Sequence record: PQ843332.1
Reading direction: 5' to 3' (one strand)
Source: Escherichia phage P-GXEC-L2P5
Length of the DNA stretch: 64,000 bases
Below the pieces are notes generated by a model. It saw only the letters and a program-made list of their open reading frames with translations. It ran no database searches and had not been told where the DNA came from. The translations under genes and the position numbers were made by a program. This document shows, piece by piece, positions 42,212 to 52,052 of this stretch. Within the stretch, counting starts at the first letter, position 1. Each line of letters begins with the position of its first letter.

Positions 42212-43942
42212 TCATTTGCGCGCCTTTTTAGCTTTCATGTATTCCATCAAGTCGTCCTGTATATCTCGCTTACTGTCGCGACGCTCGGCGACCAGTTCGT
42301 CTAGTGTTCCGCGCGCCTGGATAATGTAGACGAATACCGGTCGAGGGTGTCCGGCCTGCATCTGGCGAACCGGCCCGATACGTTCAACGATCTGCGAAAA
42401 GTGCTCAAAGTTCCAGGTATCGGAGAAGATTGCCAGGTGATGACCGCCGTCCTGCAAGTTAAGGCCGTGGCCCGCCGATGCCGGGTGTGCAAACATGATG
42501 GGGATCTCGCCCCTGTTCCACGCTTCCATATCCTTATTGCCCTGCTTACCCTTACCCAACGCGACGCCGTGCGGAAATTTCTTCTTAAGACGTGCCAGGT
42601 CATGCTTATACTGATACGCAACGAGCAACGGCGCGCCGTTCAACTCCTCCACGATACTTTCCAGTGCGTCCAGCTTCGCGTCGTGAATCTTCACCCACTC
42701 GTCGGTCCGTTCGCCGTCTTCGTCCACCTTATACACAGCGCCGGAAGCAAGCTGAAGGCACTTAATTGTCTTCGATGCCGCGTTCGCCGCTTCCACTGTT
42801 CCGCTTTCCAGTTCGGCAAATAGCTCGCTTTCAAACTGGTCGTAAATCTTGCGGGCTTTCTTCGGCAGGTCCACAACAACCGGCGTATAGATTGGCTTGT
42901 CGCACCCGAAGTATTCAGCCGCGTCAACGGTGAGGGATACATCTGACAGACGTTGTTGTATCTCTTTCTCGGAGTTCTTTAGCGGAGCGTGCTGCATAGT
43001 GAAGCTGCCAGGCTTAACAGGCTTGCTAATGAACCAGCGGTCGGTGAATGCCTTATAGCTACTACCGAGGCGTTCACCACCGTCGACGAACCACGTCTGA
43101 CCCCATAAGTCTTTCAAGCCGTTTGGTGCGGGTGTGCCGGTCAAGTTAATCCAGCGCTTGACGTGCTTATGTGCAATCGCCGCCAGTGCGCGTGCGCGCT
43201 TACTGCCCTGCTTGCTTCGATAGCCTTTCAGCTTAGTCGATTCATCGGCAACAACGACCGTAAAGGGCCACGCATCGCCGTAATAGTCGACCAGCCACTC
43301 AACCACATCGTAGTTAACACAAACCACGTTAGCGTCGCTCTCAAGCGCCGCAATACGGTCCTTCTCCGGCCCGGTGCCGTCTACAACCAGCAGGGATGAG
43401 AACCGCCATTTCTCCTGCTCCGGGGGCCATGTACCTGACGCAACACGCAGCGGGGCCAGCACCAGTACGCGGTCCTCATGATGGGACAGGACGCCAGTCT
43501 GGAACATTTTATTCAGCGCCCACATTGTCGCGCCGGTTTTACCCGATCCCATTGTCGCCCAGATATTACATCGCTTATGCTTGAGGATGAACGCGGTTAT
43601 CAACTTCTGATATTCGCGGCGTCGGAATCGTGCCATATCTTTATTCCGCCTTTTTCCAGACTTCGGTTTCACTGTTCCAGTTCCTTTTTGTAGCGTCGTA
43701 GTTGGTGGCGTGTCCGATGTGGACGCCTTTTTCCAGACTTCGGTTTCACTGTTCCAGTTCCTTTTTGTGGCGTCGTAGTTGGTGGCGTGTCCGATGTGGA
43801 CACCAGTAGCCCGGAAGCTCTTAAATTTTTGCCAGCACACCGTCAACGGCAGCGGGTCATTCATGCCAGCAATAAACCACACGCGATCGCCCGGTTTGCA
43901 TTCGCCCAGCTTGGTGAGTCGGTAATGTTCTTTCATCGTCAT
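42212..43942 (-). CDS. SF2 helicase (SNF2/DEAD-like)
   Basis: Walker A ATMGSGKT, DExx box VVADEST, C-terminal helicase domain; ATG 43942 with GGGAG RBS; duplications in the N-terminal extension. Confidence 0.8.
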   Translation of the reverse strand: MTMKEHYRLTKLGECKPGDRVWFIAGMNDPLPLTVCWQKFKSFRATGVHIGHATNYDATKRNWNSETEVWKKASTSDTPPTTTLQKGTGTVKPKSGKRRNKDMARFRRREYQKLITAFILKHKRCNIWATMGSGKTGATMWALNKMFQTGVLSHHEDRVLVLAPLRVASGTWPPEQEKWRFSSLLVVDGTGPEKDRIAALESDANVVCVNYDVVEWLVDYYGDAWPFTVVVADESTKLKGYRSKQGSKRARALAAIAHKHVKRWINLTGTPAPNGLKDLWGQTWFVDGGERLGSSYKAFTDRWFISKPVKPGSFTMQHAPLKNSEKEIQQRLSDVSLTVDAAEYFGCDKPIYTPVVVDLPKKARKIYDQFESELFAELESGTVEAANAASKTIKCLQLASGAVYKVDEDGERTDEWVKIHDAKLDALESIVEELNGAPLLVAYQYKHDLARLKKKFPHGVALGKGKQGNKDMEAWNRGEIPIMFAHPASAGHGLNLQDGGHHLAIFSDTWNFEHFSQIVERIGPVRQMQAGHPRPVFVYIIQARGTLDELVAERRDSKRDIQDDLMEYMKAKKARK

Positions 43943-44056
43943 GTCTCCCAAAAATGGCGGGACAAGCCCGCCGTATTAATTATTTTTGCTCTGCGCCGGT
44001 AATGTTCTTTCATCGTCATGTCTCCCAAAAATGGCGGGACAAGCCCGCCGTATTAA

Positions 44057-44230
44057 TTATTTTTGTTCTGCACGGTAGCGGCGCTGCCGTTCGCGCTCTT
44101 TCTTATTGCGGCACGATTTGCACTCTGCCCGATACCCGTCTGGACTGCGCGCAGTCTTACCGGTGTATTTGTGGAACTGGGATAGCGGCTTTACACAGCC
44201 GCAATTACTACAACGTTTTTCTTCAATCAT
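44057..44230 (-). CDS. small zinc-ribbon-like protein
   Basis: CSNCGC...CKSC cysteine pairs; ORF 44057..44365 with likely start at MIEEKR. Confidence 0.4.
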   Translation of the reverse strand: MIEEKRCSNCGCVKPLSQFHKYTGKTARSPDGYRAECKSCRNKKERERQRRYRAEQK

Positions 44231-44270
44231 CTCTAAAATCCTCGATATGGCTAACCGGCACACTATACCG

Positions 44271-44549
44271 CTATGCGACCAATTCAGCAACCAATAAATC
44301 GCAGTCGGATATGTTGTCGATAACGCGAACGTCAGCACCGCGGCGGGCCATTCGCTCATGTTCACGTACCTGGTGCGGCTTCGGTTTTCCTCCGGGGCGC
44401 TTCACTTCGACGAACACTATTTTGCCGTTGATGATAATAATCAGGTCGGGCGCACCCGCGCGCCCCTCCCATGCCAGTTTTCGGCAGAAGCCGCCAACCT
44501 CTTTCACCCGTCGCATCAGGTGGCTTTGAATCTTGCCTTCTGGTGTCAT
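44271..44549 (-). CDS. VRR-NUC domain nuclease
   Basis: GAPDLIIIINGKIVFVEVKRPGGK PD-(D/E)XK core; ATGA overlap with the HNH stop. Confidence 0.6.
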   Translation of the reverse strand: MTPEGKIQSHLMRRVKEVGGFCRKLAWEGRAGAPDLIIIINGKIVFVEVKRPGGKPKPHQVREHERMARRGADVRVIDNISDCDLLVAELVA

Positions 44550-45148
44550 TGTCGGCTTTTCCTTACGGCCGCGATGGCCGGTCCGATAAACTTCTTCATT
44601 TCGTCCGGGGTAAACCGGTCCCCGCGGGCTATGTTGCACTCTACGCAGCACGGCACGCAGTTATCTTTCGTATGGCCTACTGCGTTGTCGAGTCGGTCCG
44701 CGCCATTGTCGCCGGTGAATCCGCAGTATGCGCATGGTTGAGAAGTAAGGCGTAGCACGTCCTCGGTGGTTAGGTCGGTGGTTAGCCCCTTCCTTTCGTC
44801 CGCCTTACGGTACTGAAAGAGCTTATAGTAAGCTCGGATCTCTGGTGTCCGGTGGTTGTACTCACGGCGGGACTTATTAGAGCACGACCTGCATTCTTTA
44901 CGAATGTGTGACTGGCTTGCCCGGTTTCCGGGCCGGAAGTTTTCCGGCGTAAGCGGCTTGCGTTCCCCGCACTGACGGCACGTTACGATCTCCCCGGTAT
45001 ACTCTCGCCATACTTCGCGCGGCGGCGCTCCTCTTTCCTTATCACGTCTCTCTTTCTTATACGCCGCCATGCATTTGGCACACCACGACTGACCCTTGTT
45101 GAAAGCGGACTCATCTTTATCCGTATTACAACGCCCACAATGTTTCAT
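44546..45148 (-). CDS. HNH endonuclease (zinc-finger rich)
   Basis: CAYCGFTGDNGADRLDN...GHTKDNCVPCCVECNIAR HNH core, several CxxC pairs, GGGGGG RBS. Confidence 0.7.
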   Translation of the reverse strand: MKHCGRCNTDKDESAFNKGQSWCAKCMAAYKKERRDKERGAPPREVWREYTGEIVTCRQCGERKPLTPENFRPGNRASQSHIRKECRSCSNKSRREYNHRTPEIRAYYKLFQYRKADERKGLTTDLTTEDVLRLTSQPCAYCGFTGDNGADRLDNAVGHTKDNCVPCCVECNIARGDRFTPDEMKKFIGPAIAAVRKSRQ

Positions 45149-45214
45149 ATACCCCCCGAAAAAGAAAACGCCAGACAATATTGCCTGACGTTTCCGCTAA
45201 AAGCAACATTTCCG

Positions 45215-48200
45215 CTACTTGCGGTATCGATACATACAATCGCCCTCTGCGGCAAGTGGGAAGCCTTTCGCCCAAATCGGCAGGTCGCACATCAGCGCGC
45301 AAAGTTCCTCGGTCGTGTAGTCGTCAGTGTCCGGCACTTCGGTGATCAATTCATCGTGCACTGACAGGACGATTTCATAGCCCGCAGCTTCAACGCCAGG
45401 CATGGACCACGCGAGAATATCGCGACACAACGCTTGCACGATGTTCTCCGTAAGTTTGCCGCCGTAGGTGTACTGGAATCCCCACTGGCGCGTCGTCTGA
45501 TTCTCGCCCTGATATTTGATGCGGGTACTGGTGCGCTTCTTGCCGGTGTCTTCGTCGATCTCGGTCGTGACAGACAGTGCGATGCCGGGGTAGCTCATGA
45601 TGCGCCCCGACGGCAACTCAATTTTTAACCACCACCCCGCGGCGTTCGGGTCGTCGCGCTCCTCGTCAAAGGTTGGGTCGTGCTTCGCCTTCGTACGGAC
45701 AATCTTGAGCGCTTTTCTACCGTCCGGGCGAACGTTCGCACCAGCCCAGTATGCTTTGCCCGGATTGCGGATTGCACACAACACCGCGTCCTCAAGCTCG
45801 GCCCAAAAGGCTACCGTCTTCGGGTGAGCCTCACGCCACATACGTTTGATCGCGTCACAAGTAAGCCATACGTTTTTCGGCAGTATGTAAGTCGGGCGCT
45901 CGTCCTTCTTGCCCGGCTTCGGTGGGCGTTTCGCTTCGTTAATGCGGGCGTACTCATAACCGCGCTTCGCCGCCGCCCAAATGTGATCCGGGAACGTGCC
46001 TTTCATCACGTCCGCCATAGTGTAAAGGTCGAGTCCCAGGTTTTTAGCGAACTGCAAGAACGCCGCGACGCCGCCACCATAGCCCAGGCCAAGCTCGCAG
46101 TTATGCGCCACCAGAAAACCAGACTTAGACGCAATAAGGAACCGGTTTCCGTCTTCCACATCAATCAGGTCGTAAACCGGCTCGCAATAGGTTAACTTCC
46201 CGTTCCAGTTCAGCAATGCGGGTAAGGGCTTCATCGTACTTTCTCTGAAGCTCGGGCACGCTGCGCCGGTTACGGCAGTTTTCCGAACGGCTGACAAACC
46301 GAAGGTTTCCAGGCTCATAGTTGCCGTCTGTATCGATCCGGTCCATTTCGAAGTCGGGATTATCCCAGCCGTCCAGCGTTTGAACGTAGAGAAGAAACGA
46401 CCTTTTATCTCTCTTCCATTCGTCACATACGGCAATCCCACGACTGCCGTAGTTTTTATACCCTTTGGCGCGGGGGTTTGTCGTTCGTGATATTGCCGCT
46501 GACAGCCGGTTGAGCAGCCGCGTTCTGTGCGCATCGTCTGGCATTGCGTCATCGTAGCAAAAATACTGTTTACGATACCGCTTTGTCGCTTCAATTGCGC
46601 AGAGGTTGCATTGGGATGTTTTACCCCTTCGGACGTTGTCATACCCGACGCGTCCTGGCATCGCTCCGCAATCACATTGGGCCAGCAGTTGTCTGTGCCC
46701 CTGTCGTTTTGGTAATTCGCGCAGGATAACCAGGCGTCCATACCTCTCGCCAGGGCGCGGGCCATCGTGCACCTGTCTGAAACGAGTTGCCTTGCCTCCT
46801 TCCATGAATGCGTCAAGATTTTGTGGTCTTCTGTCATCAAGACCCCGTCCACGTCTATCACTGGTTTCCACCCCATAAGGTGCGCGCCTTGTGTACTCAC
46901 CCATTTTTCGCCGTTCCATACTTTATCCGTTGATGTTACGGCCATAATATCCTTGAACCCGCCATTGGTCAATACTTGGGTATGGCGGTGCAAGCAAGCC
47001 TTACCGATCTGGCGTAAGTCCTTGCGGTTAGCTTTAATGTAATCCGGGTCCAGGCCGAACATTTTACCGGCAGTCTCGCAATAAATATCGCGACCGGCCT
47101 TAAACACCATTAACGCGGTTTTCTCGCCAGCGACCCAGGCAAGGCCGCGCCCTTCCACGTTGGAGTAGTCCGCGACGACAAACTTCTTGCCCTTAGCCGG
47201 AATGATGCACCCGCGAACGGTCGAGGCGGTTAGCTTCGATATGTCATACGCCCAGTGCGCTGTCCCGCGTAACAGGGAGTTGATGCCGTTGGTGAGCATG
47301 TGCGACCGAACCCAAAACGAGACGTCGCTTTCACCCTCGCGGCGTTTAATCTTCCCTTCGTGGTCGTCGCTGTACTCGCCACGCGCCAGGTTTTGAGGTT
47401 GAAAGCCTTTACCGGCCCAGCGTAGCGTGCGCTTTGCCCCACCATACTGAAGACACCCACGGCGGCGACCATCTGCGGATAAGCCGTTAACTAGCGGATT
47501 GTACTTAGTCGATGCCGTTGATGACGCTCCGAGGCGCATTTCTATAAGCGCTTTGCCTTCGTCGGGGAAGTCCGGGTCTTCAAGCAGGTCGTTAAGTGTG
47601 GATTTCTGCGCGTTGTGGATTGTGAACGCCGGGGCGATATCACGCAGGATTGGCAGGAAGTCATTGCCTGTCAGTTTACCACCAAATCGCTCCCAGGCTT
47701 CTTCCTTCAATTCTTCCTTATGCGCCTGCACCGCTTTGATCGCGGCGTTCGCCAGGTCAACGTCGACGTAGAAGCCGCGGTCGTTAATCAACTGGTCGAT
47801 GAGCAGGATTTCATCTTCCTTAGGCGAGTTTCCCCAGTCCGGTATGCGCCAGTAGACTTCACGCATTGCGATAATATCCAGCGCGGCATAGCGCAGAAAT
47901 TTGGCCCATTCTTCCGGGTGAGTCTCGCGAGTGTAGCGGCGGATTTTGTAGGTCTTAGGGGTAGGCTTACAGAATCGGTTAATCAGCGCCTTGCCTGCCT
48001 TATCCTTCGCGTGCTCTGCGTCAACGCCCAGAACCTGGCACTGCATATCGAGGCTACCGGGCAGCGCGTGGCGAAAGGCCATAATCATAGTGTCTTCGAT
48101 CTGGCTTACCGGCAGGTCAATACCCCACTTCTCGCGGATAACCAGGCGGTCAAACAGGAGGCCGTTAGCCATCACTATTTTAGCCTTCTTGCGGGATACC

Positions 48201-48403
48201 CGGCGGAGCGCCTTGCGCAGTTCACGCGGCATTGTGGGGGATTCAGTGGCATCCCATGTCTGCACGCGGCCCTCGTCTATGGCGTAGGTGCAAATCATAA
48301 TCTCTGTGGTTGGGTGCTCCGCGTAGGCGTACGCCCCAACTTTCTTCAGGTCCACCCCGCTAAATGTCTCGGTGTCGAGAAACAGGCGTTCGAAGTCTTT
48401 CAT
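45215..48403 (-). CDS. DNA polymerase, family A, with 3'-5' exonuclease domain and an intein inserted in motif B
   Basis: Exo LDTET; motif A DYSNVEGR; motif B split as RQIGK | intein | ELGLGYGGG; motif C VHDE; continuous 1062-aa ORF. Confidence 0.85.
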   Translation of the reverse strand: MKDFERLFLDTETFSGVDLKKVGAYAYAEHPTTEIMICTYAIDEGRVQTWDATESPTMPRELRKALRRVSRKKAKIVMANGLLFDRLVIREKWGIDLPVSQIEDTMIMAFRHALPGSLDMQCQVLGVDAEHAKDKAGKALINRFCKPTPKTYKIRRYTRETHPEEWAKFLRYAALDIIAMREVYWRIPDWGNSPKEDEILLIDQLINDRGFYVDVDLANAAIKAVQAHKEELKEEAWERFGGKLTGNDFLPILRDIAPAFTIHNAQKSTLNDLLEDPDFPDEGKALIEMRLGASSTASTKYNPLVNGLSADGRRRGCLQYGGAKRTLRWAGKGFQPQNLARGEYSDDHEGKIKRREGESDVSFWVRSHMLTNGINSLLRGTAHWAYDISKLTASTVRGCIIPAKGKKFVVADYSNVEGRGLAWVAGEKTALMVFKAGRDIYCETAGKMFGLDPDYIKANRKDLRQIGKACLHRHTQVLTNGGFKDIMAVTSTDKVWNGEKWVSTQGAHLMGWKPVIDVDGVLMTEDHKILTHSWKEARQLVSDRCTMARALARGMDAWLSCANYQNDRGTDNCWPNVIAERCQDASGMTTSEGVKHPNATSAQLKRQSGIVNSIFATMTQCQTMRTERGCSTGCQRQYHERQTPAPKGIKTTAVVGLPYVTNGREIKGRFFSTFKRWTAGIIPTSKWTGSIQTATMSLETFGLSAVRKTAVTGAACPSFRESTMKPLPALLNWNGKLTYCEPVYDLIDVEDGNRFLIASKSGFLVAHNCELGLGYGGGVAAFLQFAKNLGLDLYTMADVMKGTFPDHIWAAAKRGYEYARINEAKRPPKPGKKDERPTYILPKNVWLTCDAIKRMWREAHPKTVAFWAELEDAVLCAIRNPGKAYWAGANVRPDGRKALKIVRTKAKHDPTFDEERDDPNAAGWWLKIELPSGRIMSYPGIALSVTTEIDEDTGKKRTSTRIKYQGENQTTRQWGFQYTYGGKLTENIVQALCRDILAWSMPGVEAAGYEIVLSVHDELITEVPDTDDYTTEELCALMCDLPIWAKGFPLAAEGDCMYRYRK
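46100..46996 (-). mobile_element. intein (Hint domain) within the DNA polymerase
   Basis: Block A CLHRHTQVLTNGGFKDI, block B LMTEDHKILT, block F/G PVYDLIDVEDGNRFLIASKSGFLVAHN followed by Cys. Confidence 0.75.
46161..46919 (-). CDS. HNH homing endonuclease domain encoded inside the intein in a different frame from the polymerase
   Basis: GERYGRLVIL...CDCG...SQCNLC zinc region, GYKNYGSRGIAVCDEW, DRIDTDGNYEPGNLRFVSRSENCRNRR. Confidence 0.6.
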   Translation of the reverse strand: MERRKMGEYTRRAPYGVETSDRRGRGLDDRRPQNLDAFMEGGKATRFRQVHDGPRPGERYGRLVILRELPKRQGHRQLLAQCDCGAMPGRVGYDNVRRGKTSQCNLCAIEATKRYRKQYFCYDDAMPDDAHRTRLLNRLSAAISRTTNPRAKGYKNYGSRGIAVCDEWKRDKRSFLLYVQTLDGWDNPDFEMDRIDTDGNYEPGNLRFVSRSENCRNRRSVPELQRKYDEALTRIAELEREVNLLRAGLRPD

Positions 48404-48570
48404 TGCTTTATCCTCACTACGGCGTCAGCGCTGCCGATCATGGAGAAGATGCCGTCGGACAGGGCGATCTCTTCGCCGTTGTTGCGAATCTCGGCAACTG
48501 TGAAATATTCCCCCAGTAGCTTGGACCATACTTGCATTCCGACTTTTACTTCGCTGGCTTTAATACGCAT
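48400..48570 (-). CDS. small hypothetical protein (56 aa) overlapping the polymerase start
   Basis: Hand-translated MRIKASEVKVGMQVW...; ATGA overlap with the polymerase ATG. Confidence 0.3.
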   Translation of the reverse strand: MRIKASEVKVGMQVWSKLLGEYFTVAEIRNNGEEIALSDGIFSMIGSADAVVRIKQ

Positions 48571-48583
48571 TTTTCATTGTCCT

Positions 48584-48609
48584 GTTAAAAAGCCCGCATT
48601 AAGCGGGCT
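48584..48609 (-). terminator. rho-independent terminator on the minus strand
   Basis: AAGCCCGC-ttaat-GCGGGCTT followed by a T run on the minus strand; copied again at about 48663 by an artefact duplication. Confidence 0.6.
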
Positions 48610-48782
48610 TGAATAGTGGGCTTTGCCCTTAACGGCGGCGACGGTTACGTGGTGCTTCGTCTTAAAAAGCCCGCATTAAGCGGGCTTGAATAGTGGGCTT
48701 TGCCCTTAACGGCGGCGACGTTTACGTGGTGCTTCGTCTTCGTCGTCGTCCATTAAGCGGGCTTGAATAGTGGGCTTTGCCC

Positions 48783-49478
48783 TTAACGGCGGCGACGTTT
48801 ACGTGGCGCTTCGTCTTCGTCGTCGTCTTCGTCATCGTCATCACGACGTTTTGACTTTTTGGACTTACGCGGGCTTTCATCTTCGTCATCGTCGCCCAGG
48901 TCTTCGTCGGAACATGAAGACCCGCCACCGCCGAAGGCTTCGCCGTCATCACGGAAGCGCATACCCAGCAGACCACAGCCTAAGCCTTTGCCGTTGGTAT
49001 TGTTCCAGGCCCAAATATCTAAGGAAACGTTGCAATAGCAACCGGAATAGATTTCCTTCCCTTCGATTTCGTCGCCGTCGATGGTCAGACCCTGCTCCGT
49101 CTGCTTCTCGCCTTCGGAAGTCTGGATGATCGGCTGTTTGAACGATTTGGCGTTGATGTACAACATGCCTTCGAATTCTTCGGTTACTTCGTCGCGCTCG
49201 TCACCGTCGCGAACTGCGCATTCCTTAGAATCCTGGGCGTAGTGGCGGTCCATCCACTTATCGGCATTCTTCTCGGATTTCAGCTTGTCGGTGAGCACTG
49301 CGCGCGCTGCCGCTTCCACTTTGTCCACCTGCGGATCTTCTTTATCAAGAAGAATCACGGCGCGGTATGCCGGTTTTTGTCCATCCTGTTTAGGGGTATC
49401 ACGTTCCCAAATTTTAAGGAAACATACACGCACATTTTTCAGGTTGACTTTAGCCATTTTCCAATTCCTCATTTTCAC
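48783..49478 (-). CDS. DUF2815-type SSB-like protein
   Basis: N-terminus MAKVNLKNVRVCF; acidic C-terminal tail; adjacent to DUF2800 and the polymerase. Confidence 0.7.
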   Translation of the reverse strand: MKMRNWKMAKVNLKNVRVCFLKIWERDTPKQDGQKPAYRAVILLDKEDPQVDKVEAAARAVLTDKLKSEKNADKWMDRHYAQDSKECAVRDGDERDEVTEEFEGMLYINAKSFKQPIIQTSEGEKQTEQGLTIDGDEIEGKEIYSGCYCNVSLDIWAWNNTNGKGLGCGLLGMRFRDDGEAFGGGGSSCSDEDLGDDDEDESPRKSKKSKRRDDDDEDDDEDEAPRKRRRR

Positions 49479-49624
49479 ATGTATCGGGGTTATTGGAAGC
49501 CACCCCGTTCGGCTTGGTTGCTAATTTACTCCATTTTCCAATTCCTCATTTTCACATGTATCGGGGTTATTGGAAGCCACCCCGTTCGGCTTGGTTGCTA
49601 ATTTACTTGGTTGCGCCTGAGCGG

Positions 49625-49867
49625 TCAAGCATTTTCATTAAAAAGATTTCGGGTAACGTAGTTGGTCGCGTTCTCGATCCAGCTTAACGGCGGGCGGTTG
49701 ATGTTCTTCTCCACCCAATCGACGGCAGCTTCGCTATAGCCGTCATCCAGCCAGCGGGTCGGATGTCTAATCATCCATGCCACCATTAACACGCCTTGCA
49801 CACAATGCAGGATAAAGCCCAGCGCGCCGATAACAAACATCAATAAGATTGCGAATACTTTATTCAT
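49625..49867 (-). CDS. small membrane protein (80 aa)
   Basis: Hydrophobic N-terminus MNKVFAILLMFVIGALGFIL; same gene as the partial ORF at 1..169. Confidence 0.45.
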   Translation of the reverse strand: MNKVFAILLMFVIGALGFILHCVQGVLMVAWMIRHPTRWLDDGYSEAAVDWVEKNINRPPLSWIENATNYVTRNLFNENA

Positions 49868-51367
49868 TGCTTAAGTCCTCGTCAGTAGCTACAGACCACG
49901 CAGGGCGCGGGTCGTCGATGGGTGCTAATACCGGTTTAGCTGGTGCGCGCGTGATTTTATCACACAGCTTCGCCCATACTTTCGGCTTCTCGTCCTTCAA
50001 TACCTTCTCGGCATCAGTAGGGCTGAGTAATGTTTCTTTGTACATCACATCGCGCTTGATCCGGGCCTTCGTGAAGATTTCAATCACTTCGCTTTCGTCC
50101 GCCCACTTGCGAATCCCTTCCTTACCTGCAACCATCTTGAGGCCCAGCGATTCGCCGTCGCCCGCCATCACAGCCTTGAATACCGCGGACTCGATAGCCT
50201 TGATGTGCTGGCGCATTGCGTCCAGGCCTTCATAAGCCTTGCGCAGTTCCGCGGCGGTCATAGCGCCGGGGGCCGCTTCTTTCTTGCCACGCTTCGCACG
50301 TCGTGCCGCTTTGCGGGCTTCGCGGGCCATATTGCGGTCGTGATTGGCGCATTCTTCCTCTGTCGCAATACTCACGTCGTCGCCCAGGTCTTCGTCTGTT
50401 GCCGTTGGTGGGGTCATCGTGCCGATTGCAGCCTTAGCGCGGGCGCTACACTGATCCGCAAATCTGCACCACTGACACGCATCAACGCTCGGTCGGAAGT
50501 CGGCGCGGGTGAGTCCCTTTTTTCCGCGGGAGTACGCTTCCAGGGCGGCGATAGCACGCTTGGACGCAAACTTAGCGAATATCTCCAGGGCTTCTACCGA
50601 AATATCCCACTCCGACGCCCCGCCGCAATACGGCTGGAAGATAACAAGGCGCACGGTTGTAATGTCGTACATAGTTTTCAGCTTGCGCAGCAAGCCCAGC
50701 GCATACAACATAAGCTGTTTGTTTTCTTTCGCCTCGACCTTATGCCGCCCCGTCTTCAGGTCGCCAACAATCAGCATGTACGTGCCGTCGGTCTTCTTCA
50801 TGACCATGACCATATCGGCAGTACCGAACGTCTTAACCCGGTTGCCGTCGATCTCGAAGCCTGAGTGAAGGACGCGGGTCAGATCGGCGCGCATCTCAAG
50901 CTGAACAAACTCCGCCACTTCGAGGAGCGGTCGCCAGTGGTCGATGTACGCGTCGCACTGTTTCACCATGTCGTCGTTGACCAATACGCCGCCTTTCGGT
51001 GCTTTAGGGTGTGCCTTTCGATGTACGCGTCGCACTGTTTCACCATGTCGTCGTTGACCAGTACGCCGCCTTTCGGTGCTTTCGGGTGGGCCTTTACCGG
51101 CCCCTTACCTTCGTTCTCTACGTAGCACCCTTTGTACGTCTTAGCGGTTATCAGCTTCTCCCCGGCAATGATGCGGTTTAGCACCACTTCAGATACGGTG
51201 TGCATACTCGTACCGTTAATCGCCGCTTGCCCGGATTCGTTCGGGATATCTTTTTCCACCACCAGGGCGGCGGGACACCCCATCCATTTTTTAGCACCGG
51301 ATGGGCCAAGTAATGAGTGTTCTGTATTGCTACCGGATTGCGTTTTACGTTTTGGTTTAATCGCCAT
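49860..51367 (-). CDS. unit 2: DUF2800-type nuclease; frame broken by duplication near 50950..51070
   Basis: ORFs 49860..51035 and 50963..51367 with the same motifs as 162..1746. Confidence 0.7.
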
Positions 51368-51443
51368 TATTCCACCCGTGTAAACTGGACAATTACATAT
51401 TTCACATTACCGGATTGCGTTTTACGTTTTGGTTTAATCGCCA

Positions 51444-51623
51444 TTATTCCACCCGTGTAAACTGGACAATTACATATTTCACATTCGCCAAGCCCGCTTT
51501 TTCGACACGGCTGCGCACTTCATGCTGCGCATCGGTCCAGCACATCGAGGCGTCCTTGTTAACAACAAGAAAAGAGAAATGGTCGTTTAATTCGTGGCAA
51601 GTTGCCAGCACGAAAAATTTCAT
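51444..51623 (-). CDS. unit 2: small hypothetical protein (diverged homolog of 1823..2002)
   Basis: Hand-translated MKFFVLATCHELNDH... Confidence 0.35.
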   Translation of the reverse strand: MKFFVLATCHELNDHFSFLVVNKDASMCWTDAQHEVRSRVEKAGLANVKYVIVQFTRVE

Positions 51624-51874
51624 TATTTTGTCTCCCAGCGGTCAATTGTTTTTGCTTCGGATGCAACGGCGAAGCGAACATATTCCAGATTGGAGTCAGC
51701 CCAAATATAAAAATCGGGGTTAGTAAAGGTGGTGCGCTTAATTTGCGCGGGGGTGTTGCGGCGTTTATCTATTACGGCAACGCGGGATTGAAAGCTGCCG
51801 ATGCGTTCGAATAGCCAATAGTACGGGCGCTGGTCGCGGGAATCCACCGCCTCGATTAGCGTGAATCGTGCCAT
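51623..51874 (-). CDS. unit 2: hypothetical protein (homolog of 2002..2253)
   Basis: ORF, 83 aa. Confidence 0.55.
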   Translation of the reverse strand: MARFTLIEAVDSRDQRPYYWLFERIGSFQSRVAVIDKRRNTPAQIKRTTFTNPDFYIWADSNLEYVRFAVASEAKTIDRWETK

Positions 51875-51922
51875 TGTCTCGTCCTCTAAAAAGAGGCCCG
51901 CTAATATGCGGGCCGGATAATA

Positions 51923-52048
51923 TTAATCTTCACCGCCGAGTTGTTTATAAACCTCGTCCGGGTCGTCGCCTCTTTCTTCGCAGAAGGCGGTGAATGCCGC
52001 CCAATTTTCTGCTATGAAATCGAGCATGATTCTCATTTCATAGTCCAT
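51923..52048 (-). CDS. unit 2: small hypothetical protein (homolog of 2302..2427)
   Basis: Same start/stop arrangement as unit 1. Confidence 0.3.
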   Translation of the reverse strand: MDYEMRIMLDFIAENWAAFTAFCEERGDDPDEVYKQLGGED

Positions 52049-52052
52049 GATA

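Noticed and set aside
45215-48403. Reading the 1062-aa ORF as an uninterrupted polymerase with no mobile element
   Set aside because: Motif B is split by ~300 aa bounded by Cys...HN-Cys with Hint blocks, and an HNH domain is encoded inside.
45434-48616. Plus-strand ORFs (for example the 333-aa ORF 47615..48616) opposite the DNA polymerase
   Set aside because: They are antisense to a gene with unambiguous polymerase motifs and have no recognisable domain.
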